Positions 33,915 to 42,677 of a DNA stretch of 64,000 nt are shown here, piece after piece; positions within the stretch are counted from its first letter, which is position 1, and every line of letters starts with the position of its first letter. The notes under the pieces were generated by a model. The model was given only the letters and a program-made list of their open reading frames with translations. It searched no databases and was not told the origin of the DNA. The stretch lies in the sequence record PP496440.1; one strand, given 5' to 3'. The position numbers and the translations under genes were made by a program.

Positions 33915-35107
33915 GTGGTCTCCTCAGCTGGGGCATAGTCTACCCATTCAGCGTTAATATAATCGTGTGCGTAGATGTTGGAACCACCGATCCACTTGCC
34001 TTGGGTTGCCGGGGTTGCTCTCACTACATCGGGATTGTTGATGTAGAACCCACCGATGACCGGCATGCCTCGCCCATTACGACTTGGCTCGCTGATATTG
34101 GTGACGATCTCACCTGCGTCGAATTCTAGCACTGACAGCGAAGACGAAGGAATCGCCGGTTGCGTTATCAATACCTCAATGTCGAAGTCTAAAGTAAGCT
34201 CTAGGGCCTTGATGCGGGGTTCAACCACGTCATGGTAGCTTTCGATTGAATTAGCATCGAGGTACTTTTTGACGATATCCCGGAAGTCCGCACCGTAGAA
34301 GTCCATCTCGTACTTGTCGTACCAGCCGTCCAAGGCATTGATCGGTTTGTTCCGATGGTGGCCTCCGATAGTCGGGTAGGGGTACGGCAGCGGTGCACCC
34401 TGACCGATGAAGAAGCCCCCTATATCGAACGGCGGGTACGGGTAGTCTCGCAGCTTGCCGACACGAAACGGCTGGCGGATGTCTTCGTTGATTTGTTCCT
34501 CGATGTCTTCCGTGAAAGGAACAATGTCTTTGATGTTGACGCCCAGTTTGAAGCCGATGATGTTGGAGCAGACCCACATGAACTCTCGGGCCAGCACCAG
34601 CAACTGTGCTTCGGTCAGCAGGTCAGGGGCGGACGTAGGGGAAGCCTCAAGTCCGATCAGGATCTCGCAGTTGTTCAACCCAACCAGCTCCGGGTCATCT
34701 GCCCACGCCACACCGTTGGCGGTTTGCAGTTCGATCTCCCGCTGAACCCGCGTACCTTCGTAGATAATCGCACCAATGCCCAGCAGGCGGAGGATGAACA
34801 CCAGTCCACGTGACGTACCTTTCAACCGGTAGATCATGCGAGTGACGCCGACCAACGATCGGTCTTCAATGGCAGCACCGGCGGCACTCAGGATGCGCTT
34901 GATCTCATCCGCACCAAACTCGTCTGCGCCGATGCCCGGATCATAGGCGTCACCTTGAATGTTGAACCGGTCTACCATCTCCTCCACGTTCGCATAGTGG
35001 TTGGTCAGCGAGATGAAGTCCATGATCGCTGCCACTTTCTGGAACACAGGGTGATTACGTTGTTGTTCTGGAACCAGCTGAATGCTTGGTAGGATCTCCA
35101 TAGCCAT
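33911..35107 (-). CDS. Baseplate wedge protein (P2 gpI/T4 gp7-like position)
   Basis: IYRLKGTSRGLVFILRLLG motif; synteny. Confidence 0.6.
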   Translation of the reverse strand: MAMEILPSIQLVPEQQRNHPVFQKVAAIMDFISLTNHYANVEEMVDRFNIQGDAYDPGIGADEFGADEIKRILSAAGAAIEDRSLVGVTRMIYRLKGTSRGLVFILRLLGIGAIIYEGTRVQREIELQTANGVAWADDPELVGLNNCEILIGLEASPTSAPDLLTEAQLLVLAREFMWVCSNIIGFKLGVNIKDIVPFTEDIEEQINEDIRQPFRVGKLRDYPYPPFDIGGFFIGQGAPLPYPYPTIGGHHRNKPINALDGWYDKYEMDFYGADFRDIVKKYLDANSIESYHDVVEPRIKALELTLDFDIEVLITQPAIPSSSLSVLEFDAGEIVTNISEPSRNGRGMPVIGGFYINNPDVVRATPATQGKWIGGSNIYAHDYINAEWVDYAPAEETT

Positions 35108-35110
35108 GGT

Positions 35111-36595
35111 TTAATCCTCTGTAACGACGGTGTAACCCGTTGAGAGATCACCGTCATCAGGCCCAAAGTTAGCCAATTGGGTTTCGTCCGTGGTGAAGGA
35201 AACGTTCAACTCTCCGGGAATGAAGTACTGGTAGAAGCGCAACTTCTTATCCTTGATCGGGGTCTTGACATACACCCGAGTAACCTTGTCCAGTTTCTGC
35301 CCAATACCGCCGGTGAAGAACGTCCCACCCAGCTTGTAGCATTGGGCCAGACGTTGCTTGGCGATAGCAGCTTCCAGCGCCGTGGTGTCGGCCGTCTTAT
35401 CGATTACCAGTACCAGCTCAAGGTCAACTCGTACCGCAACCGAATCGATCCACACAATGCCTTCAGCACTGATTTTAAACTTGGCCAGATAGTCCAGCAA
35501 GGCCAGCTCTTCAAGCGGGGACAGGGAATGGGTATCGTCGAACAGGTAGGCGATGGCGCACCGGCAGCAACCTTCCTGCTTGCCGTCGTCCCACGTACCC
35601 CCAGCAACTTCACAGACTTCCTTGCTCCACTTGTCATCGAGGTTGCATTCACCCCGGTGGAACTTGGCATCGATCATACCTGGGTACGACTTCACCAGAG
35701 CTTCGTGATCGCTCGGGGTCACCATACGCCTTTGAGTTGAGTGGTACGCCGGGGCCAGCGTAGCGATCTTTTCCAGTGTGTCAGCGGGGTAAAACGGGGT
35801 GGACGTCTCGATGGCTTGCGGCGTCATAAAGCCTGAATCCAGCGACACCTTGGGCAGCGTCAGGTTGAAGCTTGCCAGCACACGGGTATCTACCACCCGC
35901 AAATAGGACAATGACACCTTACCGTTGAATGGCAACCGGTAGCCGATGGCCCCGTCACCTGATTTCAAGGCCAGCGCGTCGGGAAGGGTAGCTACAGGCA
36001 ACGCACCTTCGTACATGTCGTCGGTGAACTTGCTGGTCGGAACCACCTGATCCTCAACCGTTACCTGAACGAAATTGTTGTCCACGGTCATTATGTCTTC
36101 GACAGGAATCACGAACGTGTAGAAGTCTGTGTCGGAGTCCACGAACGTTTCAATGGTCTCCCACGTGCCCAGTAGCAAGGTAAGTTTGTGCGTACCGACT
36201 GCAAGATACTGGGACTCTCGCAAGGAAAGCGGTTGGCTGTCAACGTAGCCGAACGGCACTTCTCGCAGGAAGTAATTCGCTTTGGTAACCTGAACCGTGA
36301 CGTCGATGGTCATGGCTGTGCACCTGTTGACCGGGTAGTCAAGGTGATACGCGATGTTCAGGATTGTGCTCTGAAGTTTTGCGGTGACCAGCGAGCGTTC
36401 CCGTAGCAGGGACATACTGTGGAAACGCAAAAATGTCCCCAGACCAGCAGCCAATTCCTTGACGACCGTACCTGTGGACATGCTGAAATAGTCTTTCCAC
36501 TTCGCTGCGTCGTCTTGGCCGTCTAGAAATGTATTCAGGTCGTCCAAGATCGTAGCTTGGGAGATGCGGCTAGGATCAATGATGGTAGTGCCCAT
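35111..36595 (-). CDS. Baseplate wedge protein (T4 gp6/baseplate J-like)
   Basis: RERSLVTAKLQSTILNIAYHLDY, QRRMVTPSDHEALV; ATG 36595 with GAGGA. Confidence 0.8.
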   Translation of the reverse strand: MGTTIIDPSRISQATILDDLNTFLDGQDDAAKWKDYFSMSTGTVVKELAAGLGTFLRFHSMSLLRERSLVTAKLQSTILNIAYHLDYPVNRCTAMTIDVTVQVTKANYFLREVPFGYVDSQPLSLRESQYLAVGTHKLTLLLGTWETIETFVDSDTDFYTFVIPVEDIMTVDNNFVQVTVEDQVVPTSKFTDDMYEGALPVATLPDALALKSGDGAIGYRLPFNGKVSLSYLRVVDTRVLASFNLTLPKVSLDSGFMTPQAIETSTPFYPADTLEKIATLAPAYHSTQRRMVTPSDHEALVKSYPGMIDAKFHRGECNLDDKWSKEVCEVAGGTWDDGKQEGCCRCAIAYLFDDTHSLSPLEELALLDYLAKFKISAEGIVWIDSVAVRVDLELVLVIDKTADTTALEAAIAKQRLAQCYKLGGTFFTGGIGQKLDKVTRVYVKTPIKDKKLRFYQYFIPGELNVSFTTDETQLANFGPDDGDLSTGYTVVTED

Positions 36596-36611
36596 ACGTT
36601 CCTCGATTCTG

Positions 36612-36995
36612 TTAGGAGGCTGGGCGTTTAAGATCGCCGCCAACGGAATAGTTACCGTCTAAGCCTTGGATGTAGAAGTTCAGCTGGACGTAATACATCT
36701 GGGCGTCCATGTAAGGGATAACCGAAGACGACTTCATGTCCAACCGGAGGCGGGGTTCATACTTCTGAATGCCCCCGATGAAGTGAGCCATGATCATCGA
36801 GGCCGTATCGGAATTGATGGGCTCGAATAATAGGTCTCGAAGATCGGGATCGATGTCAGGACGAAACAATCGCTGCTTCTGCCCGGTGTTCATCAAATTG
36901 TCCAGCGCCTGATAAACTGCTGACTCATTGAACTGGAGCGGAAGCCCAGACAATGGATCGTTGCTCAAGTCGCTGTAGAGTACCGTGATCGCCAT
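36612..36995 (-). CDS. Baseplate wedge gp25-like protein
   Basis: AVYQALDNLMNT...RLFRPD...LLFEP...IQKYEPR. Confidence 0.85.
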   Translation of the reverse strand: MAITVLYSDLSNDPLSGLPLQFNESAVYQALDNLMNTGQKQRLFRPDIDPDLRDLLFEPINSDTASMIMAHFIGGIQKYEPRLRLDMKSSSVIPYMDAQMYYVQLNFYIQGLDGNYSVGGDLKRPAS

Positions 36996-36999
36996 AGTC

Positions 37000-37108
37000 C
37001 GGCTCCAGCGTGCCGCCCGTATACGCTCACAGGCGGGGTTTTACGTGATGAGTGGTTAAATGGTACGTCCCGATAAATAACGAGCCCGCCTGCCGCCGCT
37101 GGGGGCCG
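37000..37108 (-). ncRNA. Candidate structured RNA element, copy B, occluding the gp25 RBS
   Basis: Shares flanking motifs with 4271..4364; inner stem GCAGGCGGG/CCCGCCTGT; outer stem covers GGAG. Confidence 0.45.
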
Positions 37109-37131
37109 TTACAGTTCAACCTGATTCCACG

Positions 37132-37632
37132 TCAGTTCTTGCCGCGTAGTTCCAGTGTGCTCGCCGACGAAGCCGTCGGAAAGAACTCTACTACAGGGTC
37201 TCCCTTGGAATCAGTGAAAAGCCGCTCCGGTAGATTAACCTCAGGGATTGTCGTTGCAGCGTTGGACGCCGCTGACGGAGATAAGCTACTGGGAGGTGGA
37301 ACGGCTACCATTTTTTCCTTGTCGTCTCCTTCCTTACTTCGGGAGGAGTTGAACCTGCTATACAACTCGCTGATTTGACTCTGTTGATTTCGGAACTGCT
37401 CCGTGGTTTCCCGGTTGAACTTGGTCTGGGTAGACACGAAGGAGATTACCGTCTTCTTCAAAGCATCGATGTCAGCGCTAACAGGAGCCTGCTTGGCATA
37501 GCGATCTTCCACAAAGAAATACATGGAGAACAACGCAATGACAATGGCTATTACTTGGGTAGGCGAGAGACGGATGGCAGAAACTTCTGTGTTAGGAGAA
37601 GGTGTGCCTCCGCTTGCGGGTTGACCAGCCAT
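37132..37632 (-). CDS. Hypothetical membrane protein
   Basis: TM VIAIVIALFSMYFFV followed by coiled coil; GAGG RBS. Confidence 0.7.
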   Translation of the reverse strand: MAGQPASGGTPSPNTEVSAIRLSPTQVIAIVIALFSMYFFVEDRYAKQAPVSADIDALKKTVISFVSTQTKFNRETTEQFRNQQSQISELYSRFNSSRSKEGDDKEKMVAVPPPSSLSPSAASNAATTIPEVNLPERLFTDSKGDPVVEFFPTASSASTLELRGKN

Positions 37633-37670
37633 ACTACCGTCCTCTACAGGCCATCAGGCAGTGGGTTAGC

Positions 37671-38678
37671 TCAGGCGAGGAATCTGTGTAAGCCCGAGGA
37701 ATATTTGTTCAGGTACATGGTCATCACCTTATTGGACGCGGTGGTGGCTCGGTTACCTGATCGGTTAAACGACATATGCAACCAAGGTCGGTTCCCGTGC
37801 TCAAAGATGAACTGGTCATAATTGATGTTGTCTTTGACCCAATTGGCACGATCCCAATATTCTTGATTGCTAATGCCGGGCCACTGTACATCGATGGCTT
37901 GTCCCGTCTCATGCTGGGACCTACCATTCTGCTGTGTACGGAAACCGGAGTTGAAGGAGAAACCTGGGTAGGCGTCCCACAACGGTTCCAGTATATGCTC
38001 GGCCAATGCCTTGAGGTTGCAAACTATCTCCTGTTCCGTCAAGCCCCGTTGAGCCTTGATGGTGTGAGGGAAAGCAGTCTTGATCGATACGTTAGCCAAC
38101 GTAAACCTTTCGGATAGACGCAGCCCGTAATCCAGCGGTAGAGTAATCATGGCGCAGTCAGTGATAGGTGTAACTCGGTCCGGCGGGGGCACCTTGTTCT
38201 CTTCCTGTGCGGGTGTGTCTATTGGCGGTGGCGGTGAAGTCTGGGGTGCCGGTGGATAACTCTGCTGCGGAGTACCGGGACTGGTCTCGTATTCATCAGC
38301 GAAAGCGTCGTAACCTGCAGTCCGAATAAGCTTGGCTGCATTCTCAGGGCTGTTCTGATCCACCGGAATAATAGTGGCAGCTATAATCTCCACCTTACCC
38401 TTATCCGATGTACCGTCACCTACCAGCACAGTAGGTGAGCCTGTCATGGGTGCGTCATTGTCTTGGAACCCGTCACCCAGTCGGGCAACTGGTAGTCCGT
38501 TGGTGAACACCGTGGCACTTCCAACTCTTTGCGAAGTAGGTCCGGGTGGGCCAATCCAGGTATCGCTGACCCGTACAACAGGGAAGCCATTGACCATGTG
38601 ATTCGGGGATCCAGACACTGCCACCCGTTTAGCGTTTGACAAGTCTGGGCCTTGCCGGGCCACTGGTTTCAATGCCAT
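37671..38678 (-). CDS. PAAR spike-tip protein fused to a peptidase M15-like domain
   Basis: VARQG, NGFPVVRVSD, NGLPVARLGD; C-terminal NSGFR, SQHETGQAID, EHGNRPWLHMS. Confidence 0.8.
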   Translation of the reverse strand: MALKPVARQGPDLSNAKRVAVSGSPNHMVNGFPVVRVSDTWIGPPGPTSQRVGSATVFTNGLPVARLGDGFQDNDAPMTGSPTVLVGDGTSDKGKVEIIAATIIPVDQNSPENAAKLIRTAGYDAFADEYETSPGTPQQSYPPAPQTSPPPPIDTPAQEENKVPPPDRVTPITDCAMITLPLDYGLRLSERFTLANVSIKTAFPHTIKAQRGLTEQEIVCNLKALAEHILEPLWDAYPGFSFNSGFRTQQNGRSQHETGQAIDVQWPGISNQEYWDRANWVKDNINYDQFIFEHGNRPWLHMSFNRSGNRATTASNKVMTMYLNKYSSGLHRFLA

Positions 38679-38687
38679 GTGCCCACC

Positions 38688-39326
38688 TTAAGGGTTGTCC
38701 TGAATCATGCCAGCCTTACGAGTCTCGATACCGATGGTGTTGGTATCCTTAGCTCCTTCTACGTTCTCAGCCAGATTGCCTTTGACCAGTACCGCGCTGT
38801 CACCCACCACTTGCCGTGAGAAGTTCCTGCCGACAACCTCGATCAAGTCCCGCTTGGCAGTTCTGATGATGTCACCGTCGTTGGTGAATACTTCCTTACT
38901 GCCGGTGTGGTGGATGAACGTCACCTCACCACTGGTCAGGTCCGTGATCCACTGGTTACCAGACGCATCAATCTGGCCGTAAGTGGTCGGGTAGTTGGTG
39001 CCCGACACATCCGTCTGCTGCGTGCCCGCCGACTTCCAGAACCCCGTATATACTGGGAAGTGGGGATCTTGGCTGGGGAACTCGATGATCAGTTCAGATC
39101 CGACGATAGGCACTCCGAAGGAACTGGTGCCACCTCCGCCACCCTGATCAGCAGGAACCTGAGCGTAGCACCATGGCAAGGAATCCACGTCTCCGTCGAT
39201 GAACGGCGGAATGCGACACTTCACCCGTGAGATGCCACGTGGGTCTTGGTTGGTGACCACGATGCCTTTGAGCGGCTGATCGAAGAACCGCCGGGGTTTC
39301 ATCACTTGATTGATAGAAAAGAGCAT
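38688..39326 (-). CDS. Central spike gp5/VgrG-like protein (OB fold plus short beta-helix)
   Basis: GIVVTNQDP...RVKCRIP...LPWC, VPIVGSELIIEF..QDP..PVYTG. Confidence 0.85.
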   Translation of the reverse strand: MLFSINQVMKPRRFFDQPLKGIVVTNQDPRGISRVKCRIPPFIDGDVDSLPWCYAQVPADQGGGGGTSSFGVPIVGSELIIEFPSQDPHFPVYTGFWKSAGTQQTDVSGTNYPTTYGQIDASGNQWITDLTSGEVTFIHHTGSKEVFTNDGDIIRTAKRDLIEVVGRNFSRQVVGDSAVLVKGNLAENVEGAKDTNTIGIETRKAGMIQDNP

Positions 39327-39344
39327 GGAAACCTCTCGTGCCGG

Positions 39345-40166
39345 TTAGAAATATTCCGGCTTGAACTGCTCGATCTGAACCGCGAATTCCTTTTTCAACT
39401 TCTCCTGACGATCCTGATCTTCCATCACGATGATGTGGCGACGGATCTTCGAGCACGCGGTCAAGTCACCGGCAGCACGTTCCAGGTCACGGGCGTAATC
39501 CTCAAGCTCGCTGATCTGTTTATCCAGCTTGAACGTGGTCTCACCCTTCACATACTTCTGGATGTAGAACTTTCGCATCTGCTTGTCGTACAAGCTGCGG
39601 TAGGTCTTCTCGTATTCCGCCAGCGCATCCGCCGGTTTCATTTTGAGCGGACCTTTACGCACCTTGTCGGTCTTGATGGTATGAACGGTGTCCTTCGTTT
39701 CCACCTGCTTGATCGTCGGGATCAGCGGATTGTTCTTGTCCGCTTTGGTTTGCGTAGGAATCTGCGCTTTAGGCTTTTCCTTGGCAACCTTGACGGTGGT
39801 GTCTACCTTTGGCCGTGCACGACCGAGGAAGCCAGCAACATCATCTGCGCTAACCCACTTCGGCAGTTCCTTGACCGGTAAGGCAGTCTTGCGCACCTTA
39901 TTGCTGGTGCACTTGCCCAGTACCCACTTGCGGGTGGCCGGGAACTCTGCGACTTCGCCGTCGTCGAAGCGGATGAACAAAGTCTTGTCCGCCACGCTGC
40001 GTTTGGATACGGTGCCGATGAAGATCAGCGGGTCTTGCTTCTTGCCGTCGTAGTTGATAACGAGCCGGTCACCTTTCTTGAATTCATCAATCAGGGCTGA
40101 CGTTTCGATCTCTTGCTTGTCGTGCGACGACGTAGAGCGGGCCGGGTTAAGAGTCCGAATGCTCAT
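39345..40166 (-). CDS. Hypothetical protein with SH3/Tudor-like paralogous domain
   Basis: FKKGDRLVINY...FIGTV...IRFDDG shared with 56994..58142 and 62781..63944. Confidence 0.7.
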   Translation of the reverse strand: MSIRTLNPARSTSSHDKQEIETSALIDEFKKGDRLVINYDGKKQDPLIFIGTVSKRSVADKTLFIRFDDGEVAEFPATRKWVLGKCTSNKVRKTALPVKELPKWVSADDVAGFLGRARPKVDTTVKVAKEKPKAQIPTQTKADKNNPLIPTIKQVETKDTVHTIKTDKVRKGPLKMKPADALAEYEKTYRSLYDKQMRKFYIQKYVKGETTFKLDKQISELEDYARDLERAAGDLTACSKIRRHIIVMEDQDRQEKLKKEFAVQIEQFKPEYF

Positions 40167-40214
40167 TATTTTCTCCTGTTCGGGCGCTGTGCCATGTCAT
40201 TCAAATCATGCCCA

Positions 40215-40222
40215 TAATTAGG
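40215..40222 (-). promoter_or_regulatory. Candidate phage promoter (CTAATTA class)
   Basis: CCTAATTA about 50 nt upstream of the 40166 start, intergenic. Confidence 0.45.
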
Positions 40223-40234
40223 CCTTTTGCGTGT

Positions 40235-41398
40235 TTAGCGAACGTTGCCTTTGATGGCAGCTGGCGCTTCCCGACTCATCTCAACCCGAGTAACCATATC
40301 GCCGTTGACGATCCGTCTTGCGACCATGTTGACCAAGTACATCCCGGTATACGTCTCCGAGGTTTGCTTGTTCTGGTTATTAACCTCAAGCTCATCATCC
40401 TTGAACAGTACCAGATCCAGCAGTCGCACCGGATAGAACTCGTTCTTGAACGACACGTCCACCGTACAGGCGGAGTAGCTGCACAGATAGTTCAAGTTGT
40501 TGATGTAAGACTCGTTATACCGGGCGTGCACGTTGTCCCCTGCAAAGGAGTTCGGCACTCGGCGAATCTTTACATCCGCGTTCCGGCCCAGTGTCTTGGA
40601 CGCGGCCAGCAGCGTTGATACCGTACTGCTCTTACCGATGCTACCCCCACTGTCCAGGTTATACTCCAGCGTTTCCAGACCGTACCCGGCGAACTGATTC
40701 AGCAGGCCGTTGGACAACTGGATCGTGTACTCACCTTGGATAGGGATTTGTACGCTTGCTGCCTTTTGTTCTGGCGAGGATGCCCCATAGTTGAAGATGT
40801 AGGCCGGAGCCAAGCTCAACATGGACTTCAGACTGCGGAACCGGAAGATGGAATCCGACGTGATGCCGATCAGAGGAACGTTGTTCAGCCCCACGTCAGT
40901 GCGCAGCCAGGTGCTGTTGACGAACGCACGGTCTGTCGTGTACGGTTGAATCCACTTCATCTTGTCCACGGACGCGGGCAGATTGGTGTCGAACTTCATG
41001 TTGTTCCGTTGGGCAACCCCGGCCATAACCTCGACACCCGACATCAGCTTGGTGATCTGCTGGTGGCAGTCGTTCACATAAGACGGATGGTACGCCAGCC
41101 CGGACAGGTTGAACACATACTCCGACTGACCATTCCGTTTAACCTTGGGGTTCAGAATCCAAAGGCGATAGTCCATCATGTTGTCCGCTGTCCGACCAAT
41201 GGAGATCGTCAGCGGATTGCCTTCGTTCATGTTGTACATCACTTCCTTGTTGCTAGTTGAGAACGTCATCTCGAACTGTGGAAGCTCGCCCCCGGCACGT
41301 TCGATGATCTGGAAGTCAGTGAGCTGATCCCCGGACAAGAAGTCCTTGATGGTGCCGATGGATGCCGAGAGTCGCCACTGACCGTTAACGCCGATCAT
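40235..41398 (-). CDS. Baseplate hub protein (gp27/gpD-like)
   Basis: Size, synteny between gp53-like and gp5-like genes, KMKWIQP..TDRAFV pattern. Confidence 0.65.
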   Translation of the reverse strand: MIGVNGQWRLSASIGTIKDFLSGDQLTDFQIIERAGGELPQFEMTFSTSNKEVMYNMNEGNPLTISIGRTADNMMDYRLWILNPKVKRNGQSEYVFNLSGLAYHPSYVNDCHQQITKLMSGVEVMAGVAQRNNMKFDTNLPASVDKMKWIQPYTTDRAFVNSTWLRTDVGLNNVPLIGITSDSIFRFRSLKSMLSLAPAYIFNYGASSPEQKAASVQIPIQGEYTIQLSNGLLNQFAGYGLETLEYNLDSGGSIGKSSTVSTLLAASKTLGRNADVKIRRVPNSFAGDNVHARYNESYINNLNYLCSYSACTVDVSFKNEFYPVRLLDLVLFKDDELEVNNQNKQTSETYTGMYLVNMVARRIVNGDMVTRVEMSREAPAAIKGNVR

Positions 41399-41784
41399 AA
41401 TGGAGAACTCCCGTAGGACGTGGTAGGCACACCTGAAGACTTCAGCGGCTTTAGTCGGAAGTACAAGTCTTCCAAGTCAGATAGGCGGAAGTAGTTCATC
41501 ACGGTGCCCACCTTCAGCTCGGTGAACAGGCACTTGTTGTTGTAGTGCATCAGCAAGGCCCAATAGTCCACGGAGCCGTAGATGGTATAGGACAAGAACT
41601 CAGGGTGGTACTCGTCTTCCGCACCGACCAGCAGTGTGCCTGCCTTTTCCAACAGCGATACCTGCTTGAGGAATACACTGCTCAGGGGGTCATACATCTC
41701 AACCCCACCGGCGCTGACCGTCTGGATGAATTTCTCCAGATCGTAGCGGCCATCAACTTTTCCTTCGTCAATGATGAAACCCAT
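41395..41784 (-). CDS. Baseplate gp53-like (LysM-like) protein
   Basis: HPEFLSYTIYGSVDYWALLMHYNN. Confidence 0.75.
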   Translation of the reverse strand: MGFIIDEGKVDGRYDLEKFIQTVSAGGVEMYDPLSSVFLKQVSLLEKAGTLLVGAEDEYHPEFLSYTIYGSVDYWALLMHYNNKCLFTELKVGTVMNYFRLSDLEDLYFRLKPLKSSGVPTTSYGSSPL

Positions 41785-41792
41785 GACTCACC

Positions 41793-42668
41793 TCAATTAA
41801 GCTTGGCCGCGCCGGAAGTCAATAGGTCCTTCAACTGCGCTGTGGTCTTGGTGCCTATTGCGGTGGCACTGGCATAAGACTTATCGAACTCAGATGATAT
41901 CTGAGCCAGCCGTTGCTGATTGGTAAGCGAAGGGGTTGCGGCGGCAACGGCTGGCGCAGAGGCTGTAGCCGTGATGCTGGACAGCAGACCCAACCCTACG
42001 TCGCGGAAGAAGGCGAGGAACTCTTGATCGGAAACCAGACGGTACGGTTGCACCGTCAGGGAACCTGTGGCGTACAGCGGCGTGCCGTCAACGGTGACTG
42101 CCTGCGAGAATTCGAAGTTGGCATCCACCAAGATCAGGTTGGTGGCGCGGAACCACTGCCCGATCTCCAGCGTCCACGTACCCTGCGCTTCGGACTTACC
42201 CGAAGGCAAGTATCCGCCCGGCGGGGTGAGGAATGCCGAGAGGAAGGAATCTACGCCTACCTTTTCGTTCTTACCTTCACCGATCCGAGGGTACAAGTAG
42301 CTTTGCAGCTTGGCGGACTTTAGGTGGACGGGTTCCTCACTCTCGTTGTACCGCACGATAGCCACCTGAAGTGGGAACGTCGGGCGCTGTGTGCCGTTCC
42401 AGGTAGACACCGTGTTGAGCAGCGTCTTAATTTGGAAGGTCTTGAAGTCCGTACCGAAGGCGATGTTGGTCGCCGTGGTCAGCTCAGTGAGCTTCTGGGA
42501 CTTGTCGTTGAAGAATTGTTCAAATGGACTCTCATAGTTGGCCGAAGAGTTGATACCGAACGGCGCTGTGATGATGCACTTGAACTGATAGAGGTCTAAC
42601 TGGTGGGAGAGGCGAATCGTATGATCCGCACTCCCCATCAGCGCAGCGTAATCTAAACCGGCGCTCAT
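41793..42668 (-). CDS. Tail tube initiator/baseplate junction protein (gp48/gp54-like)
   Basis: Follows the tape measure; tube-like beta pattern (LEIGQWF...LILVDANFEF). Confidence 0.55.
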   Translation of the reverse strand: MSAGLDYAALMGSADHTIRLSHQLDLYQFKCIITAPFGINSSANYESPFEQFFNDKSQKLTELTTATNIAFGTDFKTFQIKTLLNTVSTWNGTQRPTFPLQVAIVRYNESEEPVHLKSAKLQSYLYPRIGEGKNEKVGVDSFLSAFLTPPGGYLPSGKSEAQGTWTLEIGQWFRATNLILVDANFEFSQAVTVDGTPLYATGSLTVQPYRLVSDQEFLAFFRDVGLGLLSSITATASAPAVAAATPSLTNQQRLAQISSEFDKSYASATAIGTKTTAQLKDLLTSGAAKLN

Positions 42669-42677
42669 GGTATCCCC

